NCBI GenBank assembly: GCA_031441465.1
Contig: JANOEP010000016.1
Span: 32,001 to 96,000, forward strand
From: a bacterium
GTDB taxonomy: Bacteria; Krumholzibacteriota; Krumholzibacteriia; LZORAL124-64-63
Length of the DNA: 64,000 nt
Reading direction: 5' to 3'
Shown: positions 10,096-20,457 of the stretch, piece by piece
How positions within the stretch are numbered: position 1 is the first letter of the stretch
Layout of the letters: each line of letters begins with the position of its first letter
Position numbers and translations under genes: made by a program
Notes under the pieces: model-generated
The model's input: only the letters and a program-made list of their open reading frames with translations
Database searches by the model: none
What the model was told of the DNA's origin: nothing

Positions 10096-10716
10096 ATGAT
10101 TCCCGCACTCGAAGCCCTCGCACGCCTGCGCGAGGGCAACCAACGCTTCGTGACCGAAGTCCGCAACTGCGACCCGCGCGTGCGGCAGGCCCGCCGCCTC
10201 GAACTGACGGCCGGCCAGGAGCCGCACGCCATCATCCTCGGCTGCTCCGATTCCCGGGTGCCGGCGGAACTCGTCTTCGACCAGGGCCTCGGCGACCTGT
10301 TCGTCATCCGGGTCGCCGGCAACATCGTCGCGCCGTCGCAGGTCGGCAGCGTCGAGTTCGCCGCCGAGCAGTACGGCACGCGGCTCGTCGTGGTGCTCGG
10401 CCACTCCGAGTGCGGCGCCATCCTGGCCACGCTCGACGTCCTCGGGCGTCCGTTCGACGACCACTCGCGCAACCTGCGCTCGATCGTCGACCGCATCCGG
10501 CCCTCGGTGGAGCCGTTGCTGACGTCGGAACTCAGGCACCGTCCGGCGGAGCTGGTGCAGGCGGCCGTGCGGGCCAACATCCGGGTTTCGGTGGACCACC
10601 TGCGGCACGGGTCGGCGATCCTCGAGAAGAGGATCCGCGAGGACGGGCTCCTGGTCGTCGGCGCGGATTATTCGCTGGAAACCGGGATCGTGGACTTCTT
10701 CGACGGGGCGTCGTGA
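10096..10716 (+). CDS. Beta-class carbonic anhydrase
   Basis: GCSDSRV, RVAGN, GHSECGA zinc-ligand motifs. Confidence 0.95.
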   Translation: MIPALEALARLREGNQRFVTEVRNCDPRVRQARRLELTAGQEPHAIILGCSDSRVPAELVFDQGLGDLFVIRVAGNIVAPSQVGSVEFAAEQYGTRLVVVLGHSECGAILATLDVLGRPFDDHSRNLRSIVDRIRPSVEPLLTSELRHRPAELVQAAVRANIRVSVDHLRHGSAILEKRIREDGLLVVGADYSLETGIVDFFDGAS

Positions 10717-10829
10717 TCCGGCCATCCGCCCGCCGGCAATGATGTGGCCGGGTATCCGAATTTTTGATATCCTGGATGCACGCACCACCCGCCTCCCAAG
10801 GCATTCGTCCTTCCCAAAGAGGTTCCGAC

Positions 10830-13800
10830 ATGCGCTTCTCGCGAATCCCCTCCTTGCTGGCCGCTACGGGCGTGCTCGCGATCTGTGCCCTGGCCTTTCA
10901 CGCCGGCACGGGCGTCCGGGATCCGCAGGACCCGTTCGCGCGCGAGATCGCCAGGCTGGAACTGCGCCGCGCCCACGCCGCGCCGGGTTCGGCCGACCGC
11001 TTCAAGGCCGGGTACAAGATCGACCGCATCGAACGCAAGCTGGCCGGAATGCCGGCCTTCGAGGCGCCCGAGGAGTTCGCGCGGCTCATGAACGAGATGC
11101 GCATCCCCGCCGACCGCAAGGAATCCGAGTACGAGGCGGGCTACCTCGTCCGCGAGCTGGGCAAGGCGCGCGCGGCGAAGCGTTCGCCCGCGACGACGCT
11201 GACCTGGGCGAACCGCGGTCCCGGCAACGTCGCCGGCCGGGCGCGCGCGATCGTGGTCGATCCCGACGACCCGACCGCCCAGACCTGGTTCATCGGCACC
11301 GCGGGCGGCGGCGTCTGGAAGACCGCCGACGGCGGGACCACCTGGGCCGACCTGACTCCGGACTTCCCGGTGCTGTCCGTCCAGGCGCTCGCCATGGCCG
11401 CGAGCAACCACAACGTCCTGTACGCCGGCACCGGCGAGAGCTTCTTCAACGTCGACACCATCAACGGCAACGGCATCCTCAAGTCGACGGACCGCGGCCT
11501 GACCTGGTCGCACCTGCCGGCGACCGTCGACGATCCGTCCTTCAACAACGTGGCCCGGATCGTGGTCGACCCCGCGAACGCGAACGTCGTGCTGGCCGTG
11601 ACCACGGTCGGGCGCTACAAGGACTCGGTGCTGCAGCGCTCGAGCATCTTCAAGTCGAGCGACGGCGGGGCGAACTGGACCGAGGTGCATGCGATCACCG
11701 ACATCGGCACCTTCGGCCGGGTCAAGAAGATCCAGCAGATCGTGGCCACGCCCGGCAACTTCAACGTGCTGTACGCGACCGTCGACGAGGGCGGCATCCT
11801 CAAGTCGACCAACGCCGGCAACACCTGGGCCTACGCCAACACCGGCATCGCCGACCTGAGCGGCCGCTTCGAGCTGGCCGTCTCGCCCGTCAGCGCGAGC
11901 CGCCTCTACGCCGCGGCCGAAGGCGTCAGCCACACCGAACTGTGGATCTCGACCAACGCCGGCGCGAGCTGGTCCGAGACCTTCGAGAGCGGGTCGGAGC
12001 CCAACTGGCTCGGCGCGCAGGGCTGGTACGACAACACCATCGTCTGCCACCCGACCGATGTGAACATCCTGTATGTCGGCGGCGTCCGGCTCTGGCAGAT
12101 CACGCTGTCAGGCACCAGCCGCACCACGTCCCAGCTGAGCGCCGGGCCCGTCCACGTGGACCACCACGGCCTCGTGGTGGTGCCGACCGGAGGCGGCGCC
12201 TGGCACCTGCTGAACACCAACGATGGCGGCGTCGGCGTGTCGGCCAGCCAGGCCGCCAACTGGAGCGCGCCCATCGACGGCATGACCACCACGCAATTCT
12301 ACGGCGTCGACAAGCGCCCCGGCGCCAGCGCCTACTTCGGCGGCATGCAGGACAACGGCACCTGGTTCTCGGCGCCCGATCCGGACCGGCTCGCCCCCTG
12401 GACCTTCGCGATCGGCGGCGACGGCTACGAAACCTCGTGGCACTTCGACGACCCGCTGAAGATGATCGGCGGCTACCAGTACAACGGGCTGCTGCGCTCG
12501 CTCGACGGCGGCCAGAGCTGGAACGGCGCCACCAACGGGTTGAGCGACACCGGCGCCGGCTTCGCCCCCTTCATCACCAAGATCGCCAAGACCAACCAGG
12601 CGCCCGACCTGCTGTTCGCCGTGGGCGGCAGCGGCGTGTGGCGTTCGACGGACTTCGGCGGCAACTGGACGCTCACGCCGGTGTCGGCGGCGACCTGGGG
12701 GACGATCGGCAGCTTCCACGGCGTGAAGATCTCGCGGGCCGATCCCGACATCGTCTGGGCGGGAGCGCGCATGGACGGCAGCGGGCGGATCCACGTCTCG
12801 ACCAATGGCGGGCTCAGCTTCAGCGCGGTGCCGAACTACACGACCGCGACCATGGGCGGCATCTCGGGTCTGGCCACCCACCCGACCAACCCTGCGGCGG
12901 CCTACGTCCTGTTCAGCTTCGCGGGGCGGCCCAAGATCCTCAGGACGAACGACCTGGGCCAGACCTGGACCGACCTCACCGGCTTCGCTGCCGGCGGCCC
13001 CAGCACCAACGGTTTCCCCGACGTCGCGGTCTACGATCTGCAGGTCTTCTCCGACGATCCCGACCACCTCTGGGCCGGCACGGAGATCGGCCTGGTCGAG
13101 TCGCTGGACGGCGGCGCCAGCTGGGCGCTCGCCGACAACGGCCTGCCCGCCGTGGCGATCTGGTCGATGACCGAGGTCGAGGACGAGGTCGTGATCGGCA
13201 GCCACGGCCGCGGCATCTGGAGTGTGAAGTTCCCCTCGCTGACGTCAGGCAAGACCTACAAGCCGCTGATCGACGCGCTCTACCAGGGTCCAGACGGGCT
13301 GCTGAGCGTCGACCTGAACCTGCGGTCCGCGTACGACTCGACCCAGGTCTTCGTCGACGGCGCCCGGCGGGCCACCCTGCCGGCCAGCGGGTTCCAGCAG
13401 GACGCTCTGGTCCAGCTGCCGGTGTTGAGCGCCGGCCAGCGCCTCGTCTTCGCCCGCGCCTTCCGCGGCGGGGTCGCCTATGACTCGGTGACCCGCGACC
13501 TCGAGGTGTACCTGTACGCCGCGCCGGTCTCCGCCTACACGAACAATTTCAACGCGTCGGGCGACTTCGTCGGCAGCGGTTTCACGATCGGCGGCTACGC
13601 CGGCTTCAGCAACGGCGCCCTGCATTTCCCGCACAATTATCCCGACAACGCCGCGTACACGGCTATGCTCGCCGTGCCGATCATCGTCGCCCAGGAAAAC
13701 GCCTACGTCTCCTTCGACGAGGTCGTGCTGGTCGAGCCGGGCGAACCGGGCAGCGTCTTCGGCGACAGCGACTTCTGGGACTACGTGATCCTGGAGGGCA

Positions 13801-14354
13801 GCAAGGACGGGTCTAACTGGGTGCCGATCGCCGACGGCTACGATTGTCGTCGCGACGCCGCCTGGGTCACCGCCTGGGACAACGGCACGCCGGGCAGTTC
13901 CTCACTGCTGCGGCCGCACGTGATCGACCTGCACGACACCTTCGTCGTGCGCGACACGATCCTGCTGCGCTTCCGTCTCTACGCCGACAGCGCCGTCAAC
14001 GGCTGGGGTTGGGTCGTCGACAACCTGTCGATCCAGGTCGGCAGCCCGACCGGCGCGGGGGACGGCACGCCGGCGCGCGGCGCGACGCTGGCGCAGAACG
14101 CGCCCAACCCGTTCAACCCGTCCACCGTCATTCGCTACTCGCTGCCGCAGGCCGGACCGGTGAGCCTGCGCATCTACGACGTGCGCGGGCGGCAGGTGCG
14201 GAGCCTCGTCGAGGGGGGGCAGTCCGCCGGCGAACACGTGGTCGTCTGGGACGGACGCGACGACCGGGGGGGCCACGCCGCCAGCGGCGCCTACGTCTAC
14301 CGCCTGCAGGCGGACGGGAAGTCGCAGCAGCGCAACATGATGCTCGTCAGGTGA
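10830..14354 (+). CDS. Secreted BNR/VPS10-type beta-propeller protein with C-terminal FlgD-Ig (PNPFNP) tail
   Basis: Signal peptide; repeated S/T-x-D/N-G-G-x-T/S-W Asp-boxes; HVDHH; ends NAPNPFNP..IYDVRGR..WDGRD..SGAYVYRL. Confidence 0.8.
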   Translation: MRFSRIPSLLAATGVLAICALAFHAGTGVRDPQDPFAREIARLELRRAHAAPGSADRFKAGYKIDRIERKLAGMPAFEAPEEFARLMNEMRIPADRKESEYEAGYLVRELGKARAAKRSPATTLTWANRGPGNVAGRARAIVVDPDDPTAQTWFIGTAGGGVWKTADGGTTWADLTPDFPVLSVQALAMAASNHNVLYAGTGESFFNVDTINGNGILKSTDRGLTWSHLPATVDDPSFNNVARIVVDPANANVVLAVTTVGRYKDSVLQRSSIFKSSDGGANWTEVHAITDIGTFGRVKKIQQIVATPGNFNVLYATVDEGGILKSTNAGNTWAYANTGIADLSGRFELAVSPVSASRLYAAAEGVSHTELWISTNAGASWSETFESGSEPNWLGAQGWYDNTIVCHPTDVNILYVGGVRLWQITLSGTSRTTSQLSAGPVHVDHHGLVVVPTGGGAWHLLNTNDGGVGVSASQAANWSAPIDGMTTTQFYGVDKRPGASAYFGGMQDNGTWFSAPDPDRLAPWTFAIGGDGYETSWHFDDPLKMIGGYQYNGLLRSLDGGQSWNGATNGLSDTGAGFAPFITKIAKTNQAPDLLFAVGGSGVWRSTDFGGNWTLTPVSAATWGTIGSFHGVKISRADPDIVWAGARMDGSGRIHVSTNGGLSFSAVPNYTTATMGGISGLATHPTNPAAAYVLFSFAGRPKILRTNDLGQTWTDLTGFAAGGPSTNGFPDVAVYDLQVFSDDPDHLWAGTEIGLVESLDGGASWALADNGLPAVAIWSMTEVEDEVVIGSHGRGIWSVKFPSLTSGKTYKPLIDALYQGPDGLLSVDLNLRSAYDSTQVFVDGARRATLPASGFQQDALVQLPVLSAGQRLVFARAFRGGVAYDSVTRDLEVYLYAAPVSAYTNNFNASGDFVGSGFTIGGYAGFSNGALHFPHNYPDNAAYTAMLAVPIIVAQENAYVSFDEVVLVEPGEPGSVFGDSDFWDYVILEGSKDGSNWVPIADGYDCRRDAAWVTAWDNGTPGSSSLLRPHVIDLHDTFVVRDTILLRFRLYADSAVNGWGWVVDNLSIQVGSPTGAGDGTPARGATLAQNAPNPFNPSTVIRYSLPQAGPVSLRIYDVRGRQVRSLVEGGQSAGEHVVVWDGRDDRGGHAASGAYVYRLQADGKSQQRNMMLVR

Positions 14355-14408
14355 GACGCCCGCCGGCGCATCGCCGCCGGCGTCTTTTGGAATCCGGATT
14401 TGCCGGGG

Positions 14409-14440
14409 GACGGGGCCGCGTGATCACGCGCGGCCCCGTC
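14409..14440 (+). terminator. GC-rich hairpin after the propeller gene
   Basis: GACGGGGCCGCG-TGATCACG-CGCGGCCCCGTC, 12-bp perfect stem. Confidence 0.45.
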
Positions 14441-14539
14441 TTCCGTTTCCGGTGTGGTGGGCGTAGAATGGAAGCAGCGCATCCCGTCCGGATATCCGTG
14501 GGACGGCAGCGTGCGATCGAACTTGTCATGGGGGGGGCC

Positions 14540-16054
14540 ATGTCGAACCACAATGCGAAGCCATCGTTCGGTATCCTGATGCCGACCCTGCTCGCCTGCC
14601 TGGCCTGCGCCGTCACGACGGCGGCGACGCCGAACGAAACCAAGATCCAGGCCGCCGACGCGGCGTTCGGCGACCGTTTCGGCTGCAGCCTCGCCGTGTC
14701 GGGCGGCCTCGCCCTGATCGGAGCGCAGGCCAACGACGACGACGGCGGCGATTCCGGCTGCGCCTACGTCCTGGATCTGGACGGGTACACCGAGATCCGC
14801 AAGTTGAGGTCCGCAGACGCCGCCGGCGGCGACTACTTCGGCTGCGCGGTAGGGCTTTGCGGGCAGCGTGCCGTGATCGGCGCGCTGCGGGACGACAACA
14901 CCGCGACCGACGCCGGAGCGGCCTACGTCTTCGACGCGCCCGAAGGGATCGAACGCCGGAAACTCGTGGCCGCCGACGCCGCGGCCAACGATCAGTTCGG
15001 CTGCGCCGTGGCCGTCTCGGACTCGTTCGTCCTGGCGGGCGCCCGCTACTGCGACTCCAGCGTCGCGATCTATGACAGCGGCGCGGCGTACCTGTTCGAA
15101 CCGGACACCGGCGTGGAGAAGTTCAAGCTGATCGCATCGGACTACGGCCGTCAGGACATGTTCGGGTATGCCGTGGCGGTCTCGGACTCGTTCGCGGTGA
15201 TCGGCGCTCCCATGTGGGACGACATCGGCAGGACGGACTGCGGCGCGGTCTACGTCTTCGATCCGCGGACCGGCGTCGAGATCCGGCGGTTGACCGCCAG
15301 CGACCGGGGCGCCTACGACCGTTTCGGCAACGCGGTGGCGCTCTGCGGCCGCACCCTGCTGGTCGGCGCCTACTGGGGCGGCGGGGACGACGACGCCGGC
15401 GCGGCCTACGTCTTCGACATCGCCACAGGTGTCGAACTGCGCAAGCTGACCCCCGCGGACGCGGACTACGGCGACTGGTTCGGCAGCTCCGTCGCGCTCG
15501 CAGGCGGACTGGCCGTGATCGGCGCCTCCCAGCAGGGCTACGGCACGCCGCGGGCGGGGTCGTCCTACGTCTTCAACGTCGCGACGGGTGCCGAGCTGCT
15601 GCGGCTGGCCGCTTCCGACGGCGCCCAGAACGAGGATTTCGGTATCGCGGTCGGCATCTCCGGCGATCTGGTCCTGGTCGGCGCCGACAAGGACGGCAAC
15701 ATCGCTATCAACGCCGGCGCGGTCTACGCCTTCGCACCCGTCATCGACACCACGGATGCCGGACCGGCGCCGGCGGCGCGTCTCGTCGTGCGCAACCATC
15801 CCAATCCGTTCAATCCCGCGACGGAGATCAGTATTACCCTGGCGCATGACGCGGTCGTCTCGGTCAGCATCTACGGCGCGAACGGGGAACTCCGGTGCAC
15901 GCTGTTGGCCGGATCGCTCCGGCCCGCCGGCGAGGTCCGCCTCGCCTGGGACGGCTGCGGCGACGACGGGCGGGATTTGCCGAGCGGCGTCTACTTCTGC
16001 GAAGTCAGGACGCAAACGGAGCGGTCGGCGCACAAGATGATCCTGCAGAGATGA
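14540..16054 (+). CDS. Secreted FG-GAP repeat beta-propeller protein with FlgD-Ig tail
   Basis: Seven D-x-FG-x-(S/A)-(V/L)-A..IGA..G-x-(A/V)-YVF repeats; NHPNPFNP..WDG..SGVYF tail. Confidence 0.85.
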   Translation: MSNHNAKPSFGILMPTLLACLACAVTTAATPNETKIQAADAAFGDRFGCSLAVSGGLALIGAQANDDDGGDSGCAYVLDLDGYTEIRKLRSADAAGGDYFGCAVGLCGQRAVIGALRDDNTATDAGAAYVFDAPEGIERRKLVAADAAANDQFGCAVAVSDSFVLAGARYCDSSVAIYDSGAAYLFEPDTGVEKFKLIASDYGRQDMFGYAVAVSDSFAVIGAPMWDDIGRTDCGAVYVFDPRTGVEIRRLTASDRGAYDRFGNAVALCGRTLLVGAYWGGGDDDAGAAYVFDIATGVELRKLTPADADYGDWFGSSVALAGGLAVIGASQQGYGTPRAGSSYVFNVATGAELLRLAASDGAQNEDFGIAVGISGDLVLVGADKDGNIAINAGAVYAFAPVIDTTDAGPAPAARLVVRNHPNPFNPATEISITLAHDAVVSVSIYGANGELRCTLLAGSLRPAGEVRLAWDGCGDDGRDLPSGVYFCEVRTQTERSAHKMILQR

Positions 16055-16090
16055 TCAGTCGCGGCGCCCCGGAGCCGCCTGGGACACGTC

Positions 16091-16999
16091 CTAGATGTCG
16101 TCTCCCTGCGTCACGCACAGTTCCAGCAGCCAGTCACGGAACACCGCGACGCGGTGGAGGTCCGCCTTGCGCTCGGGGTGGACGAGGTAGTAGGCGTGCT
16201 CGCTCCTCACCGGCCGGTCGATCGCGACGACGAGCCGACCGCTCGCTATCTCGTCCTGGATCAGAAACCGCGGCAGGACCGCGAGTCCGAGTCCGGCGAT
16301 GGCGGCTTGGATGACCATGTGGAACTGTTCGAATCTCGGCCCCATGCGGCCGTCGATGTCCTCCACGCCACAGGCGCGGAGCCATGCGTGCCAGGCCTGC
16401 GGCCGGGTCGTGTGCTGCAGGAGCGTGTAGCGGCCCACGTCCTGGGGACGAGCCAGTCTGGCGTCTCCGAGCAGCGACGGCGCCCCCACCGGCACGACGA
16501 CCTCGCCCATCAGCTGGCGGCAGATCGCACCCGGCCAGATCTCGCTGCCGAAGTGGATGGCCACGTCGATCTCGCTGCCCGCGAAGTCGAACGGCCTCAC
16601 CTGCGTCACCAGGTTGAGCTGGATGTCGGGATGCCGCGAGGTGAAGTCGCCGAGACGGGGGATGAGCCACCGCGATCCGAAGGTCGGCAGCAGGGCGACG
16701 GTCAGCACGCCGCCGCCGCTGCCGTAGGCCATCAGCTGCAGAGTCGCCGCCTCGGCGCGGTCGAGCAGGTCGCGCACGGCGGCGGCGTAGGTTTCGCCGG
16801 GTTCGGTCAGGACCAGCCGCTGCTTGAGACGGCGGAACAGCGGCCTCCCTACGTACTCCTCGAGTTGCCGGATCTGGCGGCTCACCGCGCTCTGCGTGAC
16901 GTTCAGCTCGCGCGCCGCCCGGGTAAAGCTCATGTGGCGCACGGAGGCCTCGAAGTACTGGAGCGCGGTGAGCGAGGGCAGGATTCGCTTCGAAGTCAT
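16091..16999 (-). CDS. LysR-family regulator, GcvA/GcdR-like subgroup
   Basis: PSLTALQYFEASVRHMSFTRAARELNVTQSAVSRQI HTH; PTFGSRWLIPRL; divergent from the downstream operon. Confidence 0.92.
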   Translation of the reverse strand: MTSKRILPSLTALQYFEASVRHMSFTRAARELNVTQSAVSRQIRQLEEYVGRPLFRRLKQRLVLTEPGETYAAAVRDLLDRAEAATLQLMAYGSGGGVLTVALLPTFGSRWLIPRLGDFTSRHPDIQLNLVTQVRPFDFAGSEIDVAIHFGSEIWPGAICRQLMGEVVVPVGAPSLLGDARLARPQDVGRYTLLQHTTRPQAWHAWLRACGVEDIDGRMGPRFEQFHMVIQAAIAGLGLAVLPRFLIQDEIASGRLVVAIDRPVRSEHAYYLVHPERKADLHRVAVFRDWLLELCVTQGDDI

Positions 17000-17190
17000 G
17001 ACTTTTTAGAACAGGCTCCTGATAAATCATCGTTTGGGTCTGGGGCGAAGATGGAACATAATTCCCATCACAGCAACGAGAAACATGCATCTTCGACAAG
17101 TAGATTCGTTTGCGGGAGTATCTGCGATCATTCCAATACCGCATGGATAGGCTGAGCAAGTCAGCCGATCCCGGGCCCCAAGGAGGTACC

Positions 17191-18309
17191 ATGAGCAAGT
17201 ACAAGATCGCCTGGTTGCCCGGCGACGGCGTCGGCATCGAGGTCATGGAGTCGACCAGGATCTGCCTCGACGCCCTCAAGTTCGACGCCGCCTATGTGCA
17301 CGGCGACATCGGGTGGGAGTTCTGGTGCAAGGAGGGTGACGCTTTTCCCCGGCGCACCGTCGATCTCCTGGGGAACTGCGACGCGGCCCTGTTCGGCGCC
17401 ATCACCTCCAAGCCCGTGAAGGACGCGGAGCGCGAGCTCGTTCCCGAGCTGCAGGGCAAGGGCTTGGTCTACCGCAGCCCCATCGTCCGCATGCGGCAGT
17501 CGTTCGACCTCTACACCTGCCTGCGGCCCTGCAAGGCCTACCCGGGCAACCCCCTCAACTACGCGGAAGGCATCGATCTGGTGGTCTTCCGGGAGAACAC
17601 GGAAGATCTCTATGCCGGCGTCGAGTTCAGCCCGGTCCCCGACGAACTCGTCGATGTCCTGAGCCGGCTCAGCAAGCCGTTCTCCCATTTCGCCGCGCTG
17701 CCGGGCAGCGACTACGCCATCACCTGCAAGATCAACTCGAAGAAGGGCTGCGAACGGATCATCCGCGCCGCCTTCGAATACGCCAAGAAGTTCGGCTACC
17801 CCAAAGTCACCGTGATCCACAAGGCGAACGTGGTGCGTGCGACCGAAGGCATGTTCCTGGAGATCGGGAAGCGCGTCGCCAAGGACTACCCGGGGATCCA
17901 GATGGACGACGCCAACATCGACGCCATCTGCATGTGGCTCCTCAAGAACCCCAAGAGCTACGGTGTGCTCGTCGCCACCAACATGTTCGGCGACATCGTC
18001 AGCGACCTCGCCGCGCAGATGGTGGGCGGCCTCGGCTTCGGCTGCTCCGGCAACATCGGCGAGAAGCTCGCCGTGTTCGAGCCGAGCCACGGCAGCGCGC
18101 CCAAGTACGCCGGCCAGAACAAGGTGAACCCCATCGCCACCATCCTCGCCGGTAAGATGATGCTGGACTGGCTGGGCGAGACCGACAAGGGCGCCCGGCT
18201 CGAGAAGGCGGTCGCCCGGATCATCGCCGAAGGCGACGTGCGCACCTACGACATGGGCGGCAGCGCCACGACCCTGGAGATGGGCGAGGCGATCGCCAGG
18301 AAGGTGTAG
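17191..18309 (+). CDS. Isocitrate/isopropylmalate-family beta-decarboxylating dehydrogenase (homoisocitrate dehydrogenase-like)
   Basis: PGDGVGIEV, YRSPIVRMRQ, FRENTE, HKANV, NMFGDIVSD, EPSHGSAPKYAG; AGGAGG RBS. Confidence 0.88.
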   Translation: MSKYKIAWLPGDGVGIEVMESTRICLDALKFDAAYVHGDIGWEFWCKEGDAFPRRTVDLLGNCDAALFGAITSKPVKDAERELVPELQGKGLVYRSPIVRMRQSFDLYTCLRPCKAYPGNPLNYAEGIDLVVFRENTEDLYAGVEFSPVPDELVDVLSRLSKPFSHFAALPGSDYAITCKINSKKGCERIIRAAFEYAKKFGYPKVTVIHKANVVRATEGMFLEIGKRVAKDYPGIQMDDANIDAICMWLLKNPKSYGVLVATNMFGDIVSDLAAQMVGGLGFGCSGNIGEKLAVFEPSHGSAPKYAGQNKVNPIATILAGKMMLDWLGETDKGARLEKAVARIIAEGDVRTYDMGGSATTLEMGEAIARKV

Positions 18310-18313
18310 CGCG

Positions 18314-19213
18314 ATGGCCGAGATCATCATCCACGAGGTCGGCCCCCGTGACGGCCTGCAGGTCGAGAAGCAGGTGGTCCCGACCGACAAGAAGCTCGCG
18401 TGGATCCGGTCGCTCGTCGCCGCGGGCCTGGACATCGTCCAGGTGGGCTCGTTCGTGCACCCGGAGAAGGTGCCGCAGATGGCCGACACGGACGCGCTCT
18501 TCCGCGCGCTCGGCGCCGAGCCGAGAGGCGAGACGATCCTCTCGGGCCTCGTGCTCAACGAGAAGGGCCTCGAGCGCGGGCTCGCGTGCGGCGTCGACAT
18601 GTTCTGCCTCGGGGTCTCGGCCTCCGAGACTCACAGCATGAAGAACACCGGCATGGGCTCCGGGGAGGCGCAGCGCCGCATCATCGCCACGGCGGGGGAA
18701 GCGGTAGCGGCCGGCAAGAAAGTCCAGGTTTCGGTGCAGAGCGCCTTCGGTTGCGGCTTCGAGGGTCCGATCCCGGAGGTGCGGGTCCTCGGCATCGTGC
18801 GCGCCTACCTCGAGGCCGGACTCACGAACATCAGTCTCGCCGACACCGCCGGCCACGCGCACCCGGAGCAGGTGCGGCGGTTGTTCGGCGGGATCCTGCG
18901 CCTCGCGCCGGAGATCCGCTGCACGTGCCACTTCCACGACACCTACGGTCTCGGCATGGCCAACATCTACGCCGCCTCGGAGTCGGGGGTCACCAGCTTC
19001 GAGACCTCGTTCGCCGGCCTGGGCGGCTGTCCGTTCACCAAGGTCGCGGCCGGCAACGTGGCCACCGAGGATCTGGTCCACGCCCTCCGGCGCGGCGGCC
19101 TGCGTCCGGAGATCGATCTCGACGGGATCGTCGCCGTGGCCCGCGAGGTCGCGGCGCATTTCGGGCGTGACATGCCGGGCCGGGTCCACAAGACCGGCCC
19201 GCTCCCCTACTAG
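18314..19213 (+). CDS. HMG-CoA lyase family (DRE-TIM) acyl-CoA lyase
   Basis: HEVGPRDGLQ, LADTAG, HFHDTYG, GLGGCPF, GNVATED; 299 aa, no LeuA regulatory domain. Confidence 0.9.
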   Translation: MAEIIIHEVGPRDGLQVEKQVVPTDKKLAWIRSLVAAGLDIVQVGSFVHPEKVPQMADTDALFRALGAEPRGETILSGLVLNEKGLERGLACGVDMFCLGVSASETHSMKNTGMGSGEAQRRIIATAGEAVAAGKKVQVSVQSAFGCGFEGPIPEVRVLGIVRAYLEAGLTNISLADTAGHAHPEQVRRLFGGILRLAPEIRCTCHFHDTYGLGMANIYAASESGVTSFETSFAGLGGCPFTKVAAGNVATEDLVHALRRGGLRPEIDLDGIVAVAREVAAHFGRDMPGRVHKTGPLPY

Positions 19214-19225
19214 GCAGGTGATCCG

Positions 19226-20431
19226 ATGACCGACCAGAAACGCGTGCTCGACGGCATCAAGGTGCTCGACCTCACGAACGTGCTCTCCGGCCCGTTCGCC
19301 TCGCTCCACCTGGCGCTCCTGGGCGCCGAGGTCATCAAGATCGAGAACCCCAAGGACGGCGATCTGGCGCGCAAGCTGGGAATCGTCCCCGAGTACAACA
19401 AGCAACTGATGGGGACGAGCTTCCTGGCGCAGAACTGCAACAAGAAGTCGGTGACCCTCAACACCAAGTCGCCGGACGGCAAGGAGATCTTCAAGCGGCT
19501 CGTCGAAGACGTCGACGTGGTGATCGAGAACTTCCGCCCCGGCGTCATGGACCGTCTCGGGCTCGGCTACGACGTCCTGCGCGGGATCAACCCGACGCTG
19601 GTCTACTGCGCGATCTCCGGCTTCGGGCAGACCGGCCCGGACGCCGACAAACCGGCCTACGATCAGATCATCCAGGGGCTCTCCGGCGAGATGGCGATCA
19701 ACGGCGACGAGCGGCTGACGCCGCTGCGCGCCGGCTTCCCCGTCTGCGACACCGTGGGCGGCTTGAACGCGGCGTTCGCGGTGATGGCCGCCCTCTTCCA
19801 TCGCCAGCGGACCGGCGAGGGCCGGTTCATCGACGTCGCGCTCCTCGACTCGATCATGCCGCTCATGGGCTGGGTGGCCGCGAACCTCCTGATCGGCGGC
19901 CAGGAGCCGCCGGTCATGGGCAACGACAACTTCACGGCCGCGCCCAGCGGCACCTTCCGGACGCTCGACGGCCACATCAACATCGCCGCCAACAAGCAGG
20001 AACAGTGGGAGGCGGTCTGCGACGTCCTCGAACTCACGGAACTGAAAGCCGATCCGCGCTTCCAGGAGCGCGACACCCGCAAGAAGAACCGCCGGGCCCT
20101 GACGCCGCTCCTCGAGGCGCGCCTCGTCGAGGGGACGACGCAGCACTGGGTCGAGTCCCTGAACGCGCGCGACGTGCCGAGCGGCGACATCCTGAGCCTG
20201 AGGCAGGCCCTGCGCCAGCCCCAGATCGCGCACCGCGGGGTCTTGCAGAAGGTGAACGTGCCGGGCCTGGGCGACATCGAGGTCTTCGGCCTCACCGCCC
20301 TGTTCAACGGCGAGTCGGGCCCGGTCACCACGCCGCCGCCGACGCTCGGGCAGCACAACGCCGAGGTTCTCGGCCGCTTGGGCTTCACCGCGGATCAGCT
20401 CGTCGAACTCAAGCAGAAGGCAGTCATCTGA
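19226..20431 (+). CDS. Family III CoA-transferase (CaiB/BaiF)
   Basis: LDGIKVLDL, GAEVIKIE, ENFRPG, ISGFGQTGP, PAYD catalytic Asp, PTLGQHN. Confidence 0.95.
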   Translation: MTDQKRVLDGIKVLDLTNVLSGPFASLHLALLGAEVIKIENPKDGDLARKLGIVPEYNKQLMGTSFLAQNCNKKSVTLNTKSPDGKEIFKRLVEDVDVVIENFRPGVMDRLGLGYDVLRGINPTLVYCAISGFGQTGPDADKPAYDQIIQGLSGEMAINGDERLTPLRAGFPVCDTVGGLNAAFAVMAALFHRQRTGEGRFIDVALLDSIMPLMGWVAANLLIGGQEPPVMGNDNFTAAPSGTFRTLDGHINIAANKQEQWEAVCDVLELTELKADPRFQERDTRKKNRRALTPLLEARLVEGTTQHWVESLNARDVPSGDILSLRQALRQPQIAHRGVLQKVNVPGLGDIEVFGLTALFNGESGPVTTPPPTLGQHNAEVLGRLGFTADQLVELKQKAVI

Positions 20432-20457
20432 AAACCCGGACGTCACGAGGAGTCACG

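Noticed and set aside
14640..15735. Periodic repeats resembling an array
   Set aside because: Degenerate protein-level FG-GAP repeats in one ORF; no identical repeats with spacers and no cas genes
17051..17155. His-rich 34-codon ORF (MEHNSHHSNEKH..) in the operon leader as an attenuator peptide
   Set aside because: No convincing RBS or terminator/antiterminator pair; overlaps the likely promoter; operon has no evident His link
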